Assembly: GCA_965207475.1 (NCBI GenBank) | Contig: OZ242278.1 | Coordinates: forward strand, 1,589,935-1,653,934 | DNA from: Gammaproteobacteria bacterium | GTDB taxonomy: Bacteria; Pseudomonadota; Gammaproteobacteria; UBA4575 | Length of the DNA stretch: 64,000 nucleotides | Reading direction: 5' to 3' | Part shown: positions 9,968-21,231 of the stretch, one piece after another | Numbering within the stretch: the stretch's first letter is position 1 | How the letters are laid out: each line of letters starts with the position of its first letter | Made by a program: the position numbers and the translations under genes | The notes under the pieces: model-generated | What the model was told of the DNA's origin: nothing | What the model saw: only the letters and a program-made list of their open reading frames with translations | Databases searched by the model: none

Positions 9968-10921
9968 ATGAAAATTATCCTGGTTACCCCGGCATTGCCC
10001 CGTTCCCGTGCCGGAAACCGTGCCACGGCGATTCGCTGGCGGAACATCCTGGCTGAGCTCGGGCACAAGGTCGACGTGGTGACCGAGTATACCGGAGGAA
10101 GGTATGACGCCATGGTAGCGCTGCACGCATGGCGCAGTGCTTCATCCATCCGTCATTTTCACGCCCGATGGCCCGACTGCTTGCTGGTGGTGGCGCTGAC
10201 CGGCACCGATCTGTACAAGTTCATCCGGACTTCACCTGAACCCACCTTGTACTCTATCCATGTCGCCGACCTGCTGGTCACCCTGCATGATCTTGCAGGC
10301 CTGGCGATACCCGAGCGGTACAGGGAAAAGATAACCGTGATTCACCAGTCGGCGAAGCCGGCGGTTCGCAAGCCCGCAAAGAGAAGGGCAAGGTTCAGGG
10401 TGTGCGTGATCGGGCACTTGCGTGAAGAAAAGGATCCGCTGCGTGCCGCCTACGCGGTGCGCCGGCTTCCCGCTGGTTCCCGAATCGAGGTGAACCAGTA
10501 CGGGAAGGCCCATACCTGGGTCTGGGCGGAGCGCGCAGAAACGGAAATGAGGAACAATGCCCGCTACCGTTGGCATGGTGAGGTTCCTCACTGGCAGGTA
10601 CGCAGGGTGTATGCGACAGCTGACCTGATGGTACTGAGTTCCAGGATGGAAGGCGGGGCCAATGTCATTTCCGAGGCATGCATGGCGGGCCTGCCCACGG
10701 TCGCGTCGGACATAGCGGGATCGGTCGGCCTGCTGGGGAAAGACTATCCCGCATACTATCCTGTGGGAGATACTCGTGCATTGCGCGAGATGCTTCTCAG
10801 GGCCGAAGCTGAACCGGCCTGGCTGGAAAAACTGCGGGTTTCCAGCCAGGCCAGGGTTGGGTTGTTCAGCCATGAACGTGAGAGGCGCAGCTGGAAGCTC
10901 CTGTTGGCCAAGGCTGCCTGA
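9968..10921 (+). CDS. Family-1 (GT4) glycosyltransferase; candidate selenosugar synthase SenB-like
   Basis: The protein has a GT-B fold with retaining-GT motifs. Its position between the EgtB-like gene and SelD matches sen-cluster organisation. Confidence 0.65.
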   Translation: MKIILVTPALPRSRAGNRATAIRWRNILAELGHKVDVVTEYTGGRYDAMVALHAWRSASSIRHFHARWPDCLLVVALTGTDLYKFIRTSPEPTLYSIHVADLLVTLHDLAGLAIPERYREKITVIHQSAKPAVRKPAKRRARFRVCVIGHLREEKDPLRAAYAVRRLPAGSRIEVNQYGKAHTWVWAERAETEMRNNARYRWHGEVPHWQVRRVYATADLMVLSSRMEGGANVISEACMAGLPTVASDIAGSVGLLGKDYPAYYPVGDTRALREMLLRAEAEPAWLEKLRVSSQARVGLFSHERERRSWKLLLAKAA

Positions 10922-11251
10922 TTTGTACCGGGCCGGCTGTGCCAGCCGGCAAGAGGCCAGCCTCCTGGCGTGAGACGACTGACATCCCGGTTGGTGCGGA
11001 CTGTATCCAACCATTTGATTTGGGACATAAAGAAGATTTGCTTGTGTGGCCACCTGGTTCTGCGTAATCTGGGGGCGTGAATGTTTTATTGTTGTTTAGC
11101 AGGCAGGCCGAACCAACAACGAGACGCAGGTCGCACGTAACATGACAAGTCTGCCCCGGGAGTGCGCGTAATTGCACGGGGGGCAATTCTAGCGAAAGAC
11201 GTACGACTGGTTGCAGAAAAACATCACCGACGAGACAGCAGGCCTGCAGGG

Positions 11252-11288
11252 AAAGCCCGCTCCTGGCGGGCTTTCTTTTTTTCGGGTT
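11252..11288 (+). terminator. Rho-independent terminator (GC stem AAAGCCCGC/GCGGGCTTT followed by a T-run)
   Basis: A perfect 9-bp stem with a 5-nt loop is followed by CTTTTTTTTCGGGTTTT on the + strand. It lies about 330 nt downstream of the glycosyltransferase stop. Confidence 0.5.
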
Positions 11289-11327
11289 TTGGCAGGACCC
11301 TGCACGGGTCACAGGCCGGGCGTATCC

Positions 11328-13592
11328 CTAGCTGATGGTAATGGATTCAACGGTGTCGCTGGCGCGCAGGACCTGTCCGATGATGCAGGCGTGCCGGTAA
11401 CCGAGGCGTTGCAGTTCCTGTATGCAGTTGTCTGCACAGTGCCTGGGGACGGCGGCAAGCAAGCCTCCTGAAGTCTGCGGATCAAACAGCAGCGGATAGA
11501 GCGCGTGCCGGGTAGCCGCCTCCTGGTTTTTGATGGCACGCCGCAGTCGCACATTGGAAGGTTGCAGGGAACTGAATATTCCGAGCTCGATCGTCTCGGC
11601 TGCGCCGTCCAGGACCGGCAGTGCATTCAGTTCGAGTTGTATGTTCACCTCGCTGGCCCGAACCATCTCGACCAGATGGCCGAGCACCCCAAAGCCCGTG
11701 ATGTCCGTGCAGGCATGTACGTCGTGGTTGTACAGGCATTGTGCAGCCGCATGGTTTGACCGCAGCATGCAATCAATGGCACCCGCTATCCAGCGTCCCT
11801 TGGCCTTGCCACGCATTTCCGCTGCAAACAGCGTACCCGTGCCTACCGGCTTGGTGATAATGAGGGTGTCGCCTGGCTCCAGGCCCCCTTTGGCAAGCAG
11901 CCTGTCCCTGTCGATCAGGCCGGTCACGCTGAGTCCGAATGAAAGGTCGGCGCCTTCGCTGGAATGACCGCCGATCAGGGTCGCCCTGTGGTCATCCAGC
12001 ACCTGGACAGCACCTTCCATGATCTGGTAAAGCTGTTGTTCCACCATGGTTTCCCTGCCGAAAGGAATGGTTGCGATAGCCATCGCTGCCTGCGCTTGCG
12101 CCCCCATGGCAAACACGTCACTCAGGCTGTGATTGGCCGTGACTTGCCCGAACACGTAGGGGTCATCGATGAATGCCCTGAAGTAATCCACGGACTGTAC
12201 CTGGACTTTCCCGGGCGGCACCTCCACGACCGCTGCATCGTCCGGAGCATCCAGGCCGAGCAAGATGTCTTCACGTTTGAACGGAGACAGCCGGTTCACG
12301 ACCCGGCTCAGGACATTGCTGCCGATCTTCGCACCGCAGCCGCCACAGCGCATGGCTATCGATGAGAGTTCCTTGAGTGAATCCTGGCTGGCCAGCCTCC
12401 TGTCAAATTCGTGCTCCTGCTTGACTTTCATTTCCGGCAGGCTGTTGTACTTGCGCATGAACTTTCGGTCGATGACATCCTTGAGCCGCCATACCCATGC
12501 GCCTTCACAGGCCAGGGTTCCCCGTGACGCAACCGCATAACGGTTGCCCGTGCTGATCAGGCTGAGAAAGCTGATCTGCGGAACATGCTTCTTGAGGGGC
12601 TGCTCCTGCAGCGCGCGTTCGAGGTTTTTGTGGAGGGGGCGTCCCTGGCGAACCGCGAAAACTCCGGATTTGGGCCGGGGATGGTCGGTCACCGTGGCAA
12701 TGTCTCCTGCAGCAAACACGTTGCCGTGAGAAACCGACTGCAGGGAACTGTTCACCAGGATGAATCCCCGCTCGTCCACAGCAAGGCCGGACTCCCCGTA
12801 CCAGGAAGGTGCGGAAGCGTGTGTAGCCCAGATGGTCGCATTCGCATGCAGGGTGTCGCCGGTATCCGTCTGGATGGTGCGGTCACTGACCCGACTGACC
12901 GTACACGCATCGTGCACGGTGATTCCGCGTTCTTCCAGAATCCGTATGAAGCGACGCTGCACGGAACGGTTGTGCGTGGGCAGTACCGAGTCATTGCCCG
13001 ACATGAGGTGAAACCGAAGCCTGTCGGTCGGCAGTGCATGTTTTTTCAGTAACTCCTGCAGGTGGAACTGTGTGGACAGGGCCACTTCAACCCCTCCCGC
13101 CCCTGCACCCACCACGACGATCCGGTACTCGCCTTTGCGCACGAGTGCTTCCTTCATCATGGCTTCCCAGCCATCGAGAAACTGGTTGATGGGCTTCACT
13201 CCAAGCGCATGTTCGCAGGAGCCGGGCACTTCAAGCGAGGGTGTGGACCCGGTGTTGATGGAAAGCACGTCGTAGTGCACGGGGGGGTGATTGCCACAGA
13301 TGACGTACTGGTTTTCGAGATCCAGGGCCCGGGCTTCGGTGTGAAACAGGCGTGCCCCGGCGAAACGGCTCAGCGGCTGCAAGTCGATATGGCTTTCGTC
13401 GTACTCGTAATGACCTGCAATATACCCCGGCAACATGCCCGAATAGGGCGTATGCACATCACGACTGATCAGCGTGATCTGCAGACCTGCAACAGGTTTC
13501 ATGCCGAATCTTTTCAGCACCGCGACATGGCTGTGCCCGCCGCCTATCAACACCAGGTCCTTGATCACTATGTTGCTTTTCTGGCTTTCCAT
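11328..13592 (-). CDS. selD: Fusion protein: FAD-dependent pyridine nucleotide-disulfide oxidoreductase (NADH-dehydrogenase-like) + selenide, water dikinase SelD
   Basis: The N-terminal ~380 aa carry a GGGHSH dinucleotide-binding motif. The C-terminal ~350 aa have the AIR-synthase-like SelD fold and a CGGCGAK loop, in which the Cys aligns with catalytic Cys17 of E. coli SelD. Confidence 0.8.
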   Translation of the reverse strand: MESQKSNIVIKDLVLIGGGHSHVAVLKRFGMKPVAGLQITLISRDVHTPYSGMLPGYIAGHYEYDESHIDLQPLSRFAGARLFHTEARALDLENQYVICGNHPPVHYDVLSINTGSTPSLEVPGSCEHALGVKPINQFLDGWEAMMKEALVRKGEYRIVVVGAGAGGVEVALSTQFHLQELLKKHALPTDRLRFHLMSGNDSVLPTHNRSVQRRFIRILEERGITVHDACTVSRVSDRTIQTDTGDTLHANATIWATHASAPSWYGESGLAVDERGFILVNSSLQSVSHGNVFAAGDIATVTDHPRPKSGVFAVRQGRPLHKNLERALQEQPLKKHVPQISFLSLISTGNRYAVASRGTLACEGAWVWRLKDVIDRKFMRKYNSLPEMKVKQEHEFDRRLASQDSLKELSSIAMRCGGCGAKIGSNVLSRVVNRLSPFKREDILLGLDAPDDAAVVEVPPGKVQVQSVDYFRAFIDDPYVFGQVTANHSLSDVFAMGAQAQAAMAIATIPFGRETMVEQQLYQIMEGAVQVLDDHRATLIGGHSSEGADLSFGLSVTGLIDRDRLLAKGGLEPGDTLIITKPVGTGTLFAAEMRGKAKGRWIAGAIDCMLRSNHAAAQCLYNHDVHACTDITGFGVLGHLVEMVRASEVNIQLELNALPVLDGAAETIELGIFSSLQPSNVRLRRAIKNQEAATRHALYPLLFDPQTSGGLLAAVPRHCADNCIQELQRLGYRHACIIGQVLRASDTVESITIS

Positions 13593-13654
13593 GAAATGTT
13601 CTGTCAGGCTGGATGTGGGTGGGAGCCTGTTACGGCTGTCTGCACCGGGTCTGC

Positions 13655-15253
13655 TCAGGCAGTCATCGTCTTCTGGGGAGGGCTCTGCCGGAAATAACTC
13701 TCCAGGAAATCATCAAAGGATACCGTGTCTGCAGCCTCTATACTGTGTTGTTTCTCAATGGATTGCTGCACTGATTTTTTTAAATGCCCCAGATCCTGTT
13801 TGCTCAGTGCATGGCTACACAACTGTTCCCGGTGCATTTCCGAGTACCGGTTTGCCATTTCGAAGAAACCTTCCCTGTTCTTGCGCATTTCATCCAGTGT
13901 TCTGGAAGAAGGCGTCTGGTCGGGGTCATCGATGAGTGCGGTCTGATCGCGCAGCGCTGTACTGTAGTGTTCACACCGGTTGGACTTGTCCAGGATTTCA
14001 CAGACTCCCTGCATTTCACGCAGGATTTCCTGTCCCCACTCCTGCAGGGAAACCTGTTTCATGCATCGGGTGAGCTTGAGCTGCGGATCTCGGCCATAGT
14101 GCGCGGTATGGATTTCATTGCTGTCAATCGCCTGACGCTCCGGGGCATCGATCAGCGGGCTGTGTTGCAGCAGGCAGAAAACCATCAGGGCTTCCAGGAA
14201 ATAAAGCTGGGGGGCGCTGGTTCCCAGGGGCTCGAACATATCCAGGTCCAGGGAGCGTAATTCGATGTACTGGACGCCGCGCTCATCGAGCGCATGGACC
14301 GGTTTTTCATGGCTCCCACAGGGCTGCTTGGGCCGCACGGTGCTGTAGTATTCATTTTCTATCTGCAGGATATTTGCGTTGAGCTGGCGGTACTCGCCTG
14401 CAACCTTGATCCCTATCCGTTCATATTCGGGGGAAGGTGTCTCGATGGCGCGGGCCAGGCACTGGATATAGGAATCGACGCTGTCGTAACAGGCCTTGAT
14501 CCCGATCTCGCTTTCTTTCTTGTTGCTGTAACCGAAGTCTCCCATGCGCAGGCTGGTGGCGTAGGGCAGGTAATAGGTTGTGGCATCAAACTGCATCAGG
14601 GGTCCGCGTTGCCCGGTCAGGAATGATTTGCAGATGGCCGGCGATGAGCCAAACAGGTAGTAAATCAGCCAGCCGTAGCGCTGCAGGTTGCGCGTCAGTG
14701 CGAAGTACCTGTCGGATACGAAATCACGCAGTGAACGGTCACTGCCCACAACGTCCATGTAGTACGGCCAGAAACCGTCCTGCAGCGAGTAGTTGAAGTG
14801 CACGCCGGCAATGACCTGCATCATCTTGCCGTAGCGGTAGCCAAGCCCTCTGCGGTACACCGTCTTCATCATCCCCAGGTTTGAGCTGCCGTAACGGGCG
14901 ACAGGGATGCTTTCCTCACCGTCCACCACGCACGGCATGCTCGCATTCCACAGGGACTCGTCTTCCAGTTGCGCGTACACGAACTGGTGGATTTTTTTAA
15001 GGAATCCAAGTGTGGATGAAATTTCCTGCAGGGGCGGCGTGATCAATTCCAGCAGTGCTTCCGAGTAGTCGGTCGTGATGAAAGGGTGGGTAAGTGCCGA
15101 ACCCAGGCCGGGCGGGTGAGGCTGCTGGGAAATCTTTCCGTCGCGGTCCACCCGCAGCGACTCCTTTTCCAGACCGATCTTGCTGCCTGACAGCAGGTGC
15201 AGTTGCCCGTCCCGAACGATTCTGGAGAGTGTGCTGTGTAACTGCTCGTACAT
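13655..15253 (-). CDS. gshA: Glutamate--cysteine ligase
   Basis: The 532-aa protein is collinear with enterobacterial GshA. Confidence 0.85.
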   Translation of the reverse strand: MYEQLHSTLSRIVRDGQLHLLSGSKIGLEKESLRVDRDGKISQQPHPPGLGSALTHPFITTDYSEALLELITPPLQEISSTLGFLKKIHQFVYAQLEDESLWNASMPCVVDGEESIPVARYGSSNLGMMKTVYRRGLGYRYGKMMQVIAGVHFNYSLQDGFWPYYMDVVGSDRSLRDFVSDRYFALTRNLQRYGWLIYYLFGSSPAICKSFLTGQRGPLMQFDATTYYLPYATSLRMGDFGYSNKKESEIGIKACYDSVDSYIQCLARAIETPSPEYERIGIKVAGEYRQLNANILQIENEYYSTVRPKQPCGSHEKPVHALDERGVQYIELRSLDLDMFEPLGTSAPQLYFLEALMVFCLLQHSPLIDAPERQAIDSNEIHTAHYGRDPQLKLTRCMKQVSLQEWGQEILREMQGVCEILDKSNRCEHYSTALRDQTALIDDPDQTPSSRTLDEMRKNREGFFEMANRYSEMHREQLCSHALSKQDLGHLKKSVQQSIEKQHSIEAADTVSFDDFLESYFRQSPPQKTMTA

Positions 15254-15439
15254 TGTTCTGGCATGCAGGTAACCTTGCCTGGTGTAGGCGGATCGGCTAC
15301 TGCACTGCGGTGTTTGTCAGTACATGCGCATTGTACACACTTTGTCTCCAAATGCTTTCAAGATCATTGACTGCATGCAGGCAAGACCTGGGCGCGGGTG
15401 TCCGGTGCCGGCCTGCGGCAGGCCAGGCCTGAATGAGGG

Positions 15440-15988
15440 CTAGGCCAGTTCCCGGTACAGGCGTTGCCAGTCGAAAGCAGGGCCCGGGTCGGTTTTCCGG
15501 TCCGGTGCGATTTCGCAATGGCCTGTGATGTTCTGCCTGTCCAGGGTCGGATAGGCGATGCGCAATGCATCGATCAAAGCCGCCAGTACCCGGTACTGCG
15601 CATCCTCGTAGGGCAGGGTGTCGGTACCTTCCAGTTCAATTCCGATACTGAAATCATTGCAGTGATCCCGCCCCCTGAAGTTCGAGACTCCTGCATGCCA
15701 GGCACGACGGTTGAACGGCACAAATTGCACGATTCTTCCACTTCGCCGAATCAGTACGTGGGCCGATACCTTCAGTTTTGACAGGGAGGCAAAACCGGGG
15801 TGTGCCCCGGGGTCAAGCCGGTTGGTGAACAACTGCGGGATGTACGGCCCTCCGAATTGTCCCGGCGGCAGGCTGATATTGTGAATTACGACCAGTGAAG
15901 GCTGGCAATTACCGGGGCGTTCATCTGCATTGCAGGAAGGCATATGGCTTGCGCCGGTAATCAGGTGGCTTGCAGGGTCAACACGCAT
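15440..15988 (-). CDS. ampD: 1,6-anhydro-N-acetylmuramyl-L-alanine amidase AmpD
   Basis: The protein has an amidase_2 fold and aligns end-to-end with E. coli AmpD (VVHNISLPPG, WHAG, GIELEG). Confidence 0.8.
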   Translation of the reverse strand: MRVDPASHLITGASHMPSCNADERPGNCQPSLVVIHNISLPPGQFGGPYIPQLFTNRLDPGAHPGFASLSKLKVSAHVLIRRSGRIVQFVPFNRRAWHAGVSNFRGRDHCNDFSIGIELEGTDTLPYEDAQYRVLAALIDALRIAYPTLDRQNITGHCEIAPDRKTDPGPAFDWQRLYRELA

Positions 15989-16077
15989 GGGGGCCAGTAT
16001 GCGAAATATCCGGGGAATAAAAAAGGCCCCGCGATGCGGGGCCTTCCAGGACGGTAAAGCTTACCGGTGCGACTGCA

Positions 16078-17736
<1,659 letters not shown>

Positions 17737-17769
17737 CTAAATGCGTTAAATCTGTTTGAGAGTAAGAGA

Positions 17770-18060
17770 CTAGTCTTCGATCACTGCCATGACGTCGTCT
17801 TCACGCATCACCAGCAAATCTTCCCCGTCGACTTTCACTTCCGTGCCGGAATATTTTCCAAACAGGACTTTATCTCCGGCTTTCAGATCCAGTGCACGGA
17901 CCTCTCCGCTTTCAGTAATCTTTCCGTTCCCCACAGCGATCACCTCACCCTTGATCGGTTTTTCGGTAGCTGAATCGGGGATCACAATTCCCCCGGGGCT
18001 TGTACGTTCTTCTTCCATACGCTTGACGACCACCCGGTCATGCAACGGACGTAACTTCAT
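17770..18060 (-). CDS. groS: Co-chaperonin GroES
   Basis: The 96-aa protein is canonical GroES. Confidence 0.95.
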   Translation of the reverse strand: MKLRPLHDRVVVKRMEEERTSPGGIVIPDSATEKPIKGEVIAVGNGKITESGEVRALDLKAGDKVLFGKYSGTEVKVDGEDLLVMREDDVMAVIED

Positions 18061-18132
18061 CAGGATCGCCTCCTTATAAAATCTGTAAACTCGGTTTTTG
18101 CTTTGCGTGCCCTGTCTCGGGCAAGCCTATTA

Positions 18133-18159
18133 TTAGCACTCGCGTTCAGCGAGTGCTAA
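18133..18159 (-). promoter_or_regulatory. CIRCE element (HrcA operator) upstream of groES
   Basis: The sequence TTAGCACTC-N9-GAGTGCTAA is a perfect match to the CIRCE consensus and is embedded in a longer palindrome. Confidence 0.8.
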
Positions 18160-18186
18160 TAATACGGTCGAGACAGGCAATGTCAA
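18159..18186 (-). promoter_or_regulatory. Sigma70-type promoter of groESL (TTGACA-N16-TATTAT on the minus strand), -10 abutting CIRCE
   Basis: The hexamers are near-consensus when read as the reverse complement. The promoter is about 100 nt upstream of the groES start. Confidence 0.5.
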
Positions 18187-18205
18187 GTGATTTCTTCAGC
18201 CAATA

Positions 18206-18679
18206 TCAGCCGGTTGATCCGTCATCGTGGCGGGTGCTCTCGCCTTCGTAGACATTGCCGCGGGTACGGTATGCACGGGGGGTGTGCAGCGAACCTTGCA
18301 GGCCGCTGCCGAATCTGGCGATCAGCCAGGTGACCAGCGTCCTGCGCGTCACGGGTACCAGACAGGCAAAGCCGATCGCATCCGTGAAAAATCCGGGTGT
18401 GAGCAGCAGGGCTCCGCCGATCAGCAAGGCGACTCCTTCCAGCAACTCGCCCGCCGGATTGCGTCCCTGGACAAGGGACTGCTGAAATCTGAGAAAGGTC
18501 TGGATTCCCTGCATGCGCAGCAGCATGACACCCAGTACGGCCGTCAGCACGACGAGCCCGATCGTGGGGAGCGCACCGATGATGCTTCCCACCTGTATCA
18601 GCAGGTAAATTTCAATGATCGGGACGATCAGGAATACCGCTGCGATCACCGGAAACAGTCTGACTCGGCCTTGCCGCAT
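18206..18679 (-). CDS. fxsA: FxsA family inner-membrane protein
   Basis: It aligns with E. coli FxsA (TM-rich N-terminus, LLPGFFTD motif). The ATG at 18679 was chosen over the longer ORF that extends to 18724. Confidence 0.7.
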   Translation of the reverse strand: MRQGRVRLFPVIAAVFLIVPIIEIYLLIQVGSIIGALPTIGLVVLTAVLGVMLLRMQGIQTFLRFQQSLVQGRNPAGELLEGVALLIGGALLLTPGFFTDAIGFACLVPVTRRTLVTWLIARFGSGLQGSLHTPRAYRTRGNVYEGESTRHDDGSTG

Positions 18680-18931
18680 GAGATGATCCTTCTTCGGTAC
18701 GGGTTTGCGGCACGCAGGCTGCAAATTCCGATTTGCCGGGTGTTTTGCGAGGCTACGGGAAGGGCAGCGGTACGGGTACCGGTGATCTGCCGTGCCGTCG
18801 TGTACCTACTGTATACCGGATTGGCTTGAAATTGTACCTTGCCGTTGCCGGGCAGACCTCCCGGGTCGCCTGCCGCAAGCTGCTCCCGCCCAAGGCTTGT
18901 TGGGAATTCCGGTTCCAAGATATGATGCCGC

Positions 18932-19252
18932 ATGACTTCACATTTGCTGGTTCTGACCACTTTTCCGGACAGTGATAGCGCCATACAGGTGGCAAGGGGT
19001 ATCGTGCGGGCAAAACTTGCCGCCTGCGTGAACATCCTGCCTTCCGTGCAATCTGTCTATGTGTGGCAGGGAAAGGAGTGCGTGGAGCCCGAGCATGTTG
19101 TGCTGATCAAAACGACCGAAAGCGCGTATCCGGGGCTTGAGTCCTACATAAAAAACCATCACCCCTATGAACTTCCTGAGCTGATTGCGACTCCCATCAC
19201 CATGGGATTCCAAGAATACCTGGACTGGGTTACACGGCACGTCATCACATGA
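18932..19252 (+). CDS. cutA: Divalent-cation tolerance protein CutA
   Basis: The 106-aa CutA1 fold overlaps the dsbD start, as in the cutA-dsbD operon. Confidence 0.8.
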   Translation: MTSHLLVLTTFPDSDSAIQVARGIVRAKLAACVNILPSVQSVYVWQGKECVEPEHVVLIKTTESAYPGLESYIKNHHPYELPELIATPITMGFQEYLDWVTRHVIT

Positions 19253-21135
19253 AACATTTGAGCGCCTGGCTTTGCATTGTACTGGCATGGTGGGTACAAC
19301 CGCTGATCGCGGGCACCGCGGATGGCGAGCCGTTGCTGGGCCGTTACGGGGTCCAGAAATTTCTCGATCCGGACGATGCCTTCCGGGTCACCGCAAGCCA
19401 GGGAGATGGCCGGATCATCATCCTGCAATGGCGGGTCGAGCAGGGGTATTACCTGTACCGGGACAAGATTGCTGTCACGCCGAAAGATGAAACCCGCCTG
19501 ACCCTGGGCCCGCCGCAGCTGCCTGCCGGCCAGGTCACGCAGGATGAGTACTTTGGCGAAGTGACCAGTATCGAGCATGACTTCCAGTCCGCCGTGCCGG
19601 TGCTGCAAGTCGCACGGGACACGCGCGACCTGGAGCTGCTGGTGTCCTACCAGGGATGCGCGGAAGCCGGTCTGTGCTACCCGCCCATAACCAAGGCCCT
19701 TGTGGTGGATTTCAATCCCGACCTGGGGACCGGCATGCCGTGGACCGGTTCGAACGGCTCTGCTGCCGGCACCCCGGGTTTCCAGTCCGAGCAGGACCGC
19801 CTGGCGGGCCTGCTGGCCTCGGGGAAACTCTGGCTTACCGTCGCCAGCTTTTTTGGCCTGGGGGTCCTGCTGGCCTTCACGCCCTGCGTGTTTCCGATGA
19901 TCCCTATCCTTTCCAGCATCATCGTCGGGCAGGGCGCGGGGGTCTCGACATCCAGGGCGTTCTCACTGTCGCTGGTCTATGTGCTGGCCATGTCCGTCGC
20001 CTATACCGCTGCGGGAATCGCCGTTGGCCTGTCCGGTGAAAATATCCAGTTCTGGCTCCAGACTCCATGGGTGCTGGGCGCGTTCGCCGGCATCCTCGTG
20101 CTGCTTTCCCTGTCCATGTTCGGGCTTTACGAGTTGCAGTTGCCGCAGGCGTGGCGGTCCAGGGTGCATGCCGTGACTTCCGGCCAGCGACAGGGCTCCT
20201 ATGTCGGGGCGGCCGTGATGGGTTTTCTGTCGGCGCTGATTGTGGGGCCGTGTATCAACGCCCCCCTGATCGGTGCATTGATCTACATCGCCAACGTCGG
20301 GGATGCCGTGCTCGGTGGCACCGCGTTGTTTGCACTGAGCCTGGGCATGGGTTTGCCGTTGCTGGTGCTGGGGACCTCGGAAGGGAAGCTGTTGCCGAAG
20401 GCAGGGGCGTGGATGGGCTCGGTGAAGGCGGTGTCCGGAGTGCTGCTGCTGGGACTGGCCATCTGGTTGCTGGAACGCGTGATGCCGGCCCCGCTGGTGC
20501 TGATGCTCGCCGGAATCCTGCTCATTGCATCTTCCGTGTACATGGGGGCGCTGGAAAGGGTCAGGGAGGGGGCCTCGGGCTGGTTCAGGTTGTGGAAAGG
20601 CCTGGGAGTCATTGCCCTGGTCTATGGCGCGGTCCTGGTCATCGGGGCGGCTGCGGGCAGTCACAGCCTGCTGCATCCGCTGCAGGGCATGATGGCCAGG
20701 AATTTTGACCCGGGCACTGCAGGGTATGCCGTGGACCCGGATCATGTCTTGCCGTTCAGGCAGATCAAGGGGGTCGAGGGACTGGACACGGCCCTGCGCC
20801 AGGCCGTCGCGGAAGGCAAGCCCGTCATGCTCGATTTTTATGCCGACTGGTGCATTTCCTGCAAGGAGATGGAAGCCTTCACGTTCAGCAAGCCGCAGGT
20901 GCGCCGCGCGCTTCGGGATTTCGTCCTGCTGCAGTCGGACGTGACGCATCACGATGAACAGGACCGGGCGCTATTGAAGCATCTCGGCCTGTTTGGCCCG
21001 CCGGCAATCCTGTTTTATGACCCTTCGGGAAGGGAGAGGTACAGTTACCGGCTAATAGGCTTCATGGGCGCATCCGGGTTTTCATCGCACCTTGAGCGAT
21101 TCAAGGAAGCGGTTGCACCCGATCAGGGCCTTTAG
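19249..21135 (+). CDS. dsbD: Thiol:disulfide interchange protein DsbD
   Basis: A signal peptide is followed by N-terminal alpha, central TM (beta, 8 TM) and C-terminal thioredoxin-like gamma domains with a CISC motif. Confidence 0.85.
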   Translation: MKHLSAWLCIVLAWWVQPLIAGTADGEPLLGRYGVQKFLDPDDAFRVTASQGDGRIIILQWRVEQGYYLYRDKIAVTPKDETRLTLGPPQLPAGQVTQDEYFGEVTSIEHDFQSAVPVLQVARDTRDLELLVSYQGCAEAGLCYPPITKALVVDFNPDLGTGMPWTGSNGSAAGTPGFQSEQDRLAGLLASGKLWLTVASFFGLGVLLAFTPCVFPMIPILSSIIVGQGAGVSTSRAFSLSLVYVLAMSVAYTAAGIAVGLSGENIQFWLQTPWVLGAFAGILVLLSLSMFGLYELQLPQAWRSRVHAVTSGQRQGSYVGAAVMGFLSALIVGPCINAPLIGALIYIANVGDAVLGGTALFALSLGMGLPLLVLGTSEGKLLPKAGAWMGSVKAVSGVLLLGLAIWLLERVMPAPLVLMLAGILLIASSVYMGALERVREGASGWFRLWKGLGVIALVYGAVLVIGAAAGSHSLLHPLQGMMARNFDPGTAGYAVDPDHVLPFRQIKGVEGLDTALRQAVAEGKPVMLDFYADWCISCKEMEAFTFSKPQVRRALRDFVLLQSDVTHHDEQDRALLKHLGLFGPPAILFYDPSGRERYSYRLIGFMGASGFSSHLERFKEAVAPDQGL

Positions 21136-21231
21136 TGATCCGGTTCAGGCGCAAACAGCACTCGTGCATGCCGCCAGGCGGGGCAGGGTCCAGGGCCCGC
21201 AAGCCGCTGTACGGTACCATCGGCTGGAGGT

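Noticed and set aside
10980-11290. Possible 6S RNA, tmRNA or SRP RNA in the senB-selD spacer
   Set aside because: No tmRNA tag-reading frame (ANDENYALAA-like) is present. There is no SRP domain-IV consensus and no recognisable 6S central bubble. The region is kept only as a generic sRNA/terminator candidate.
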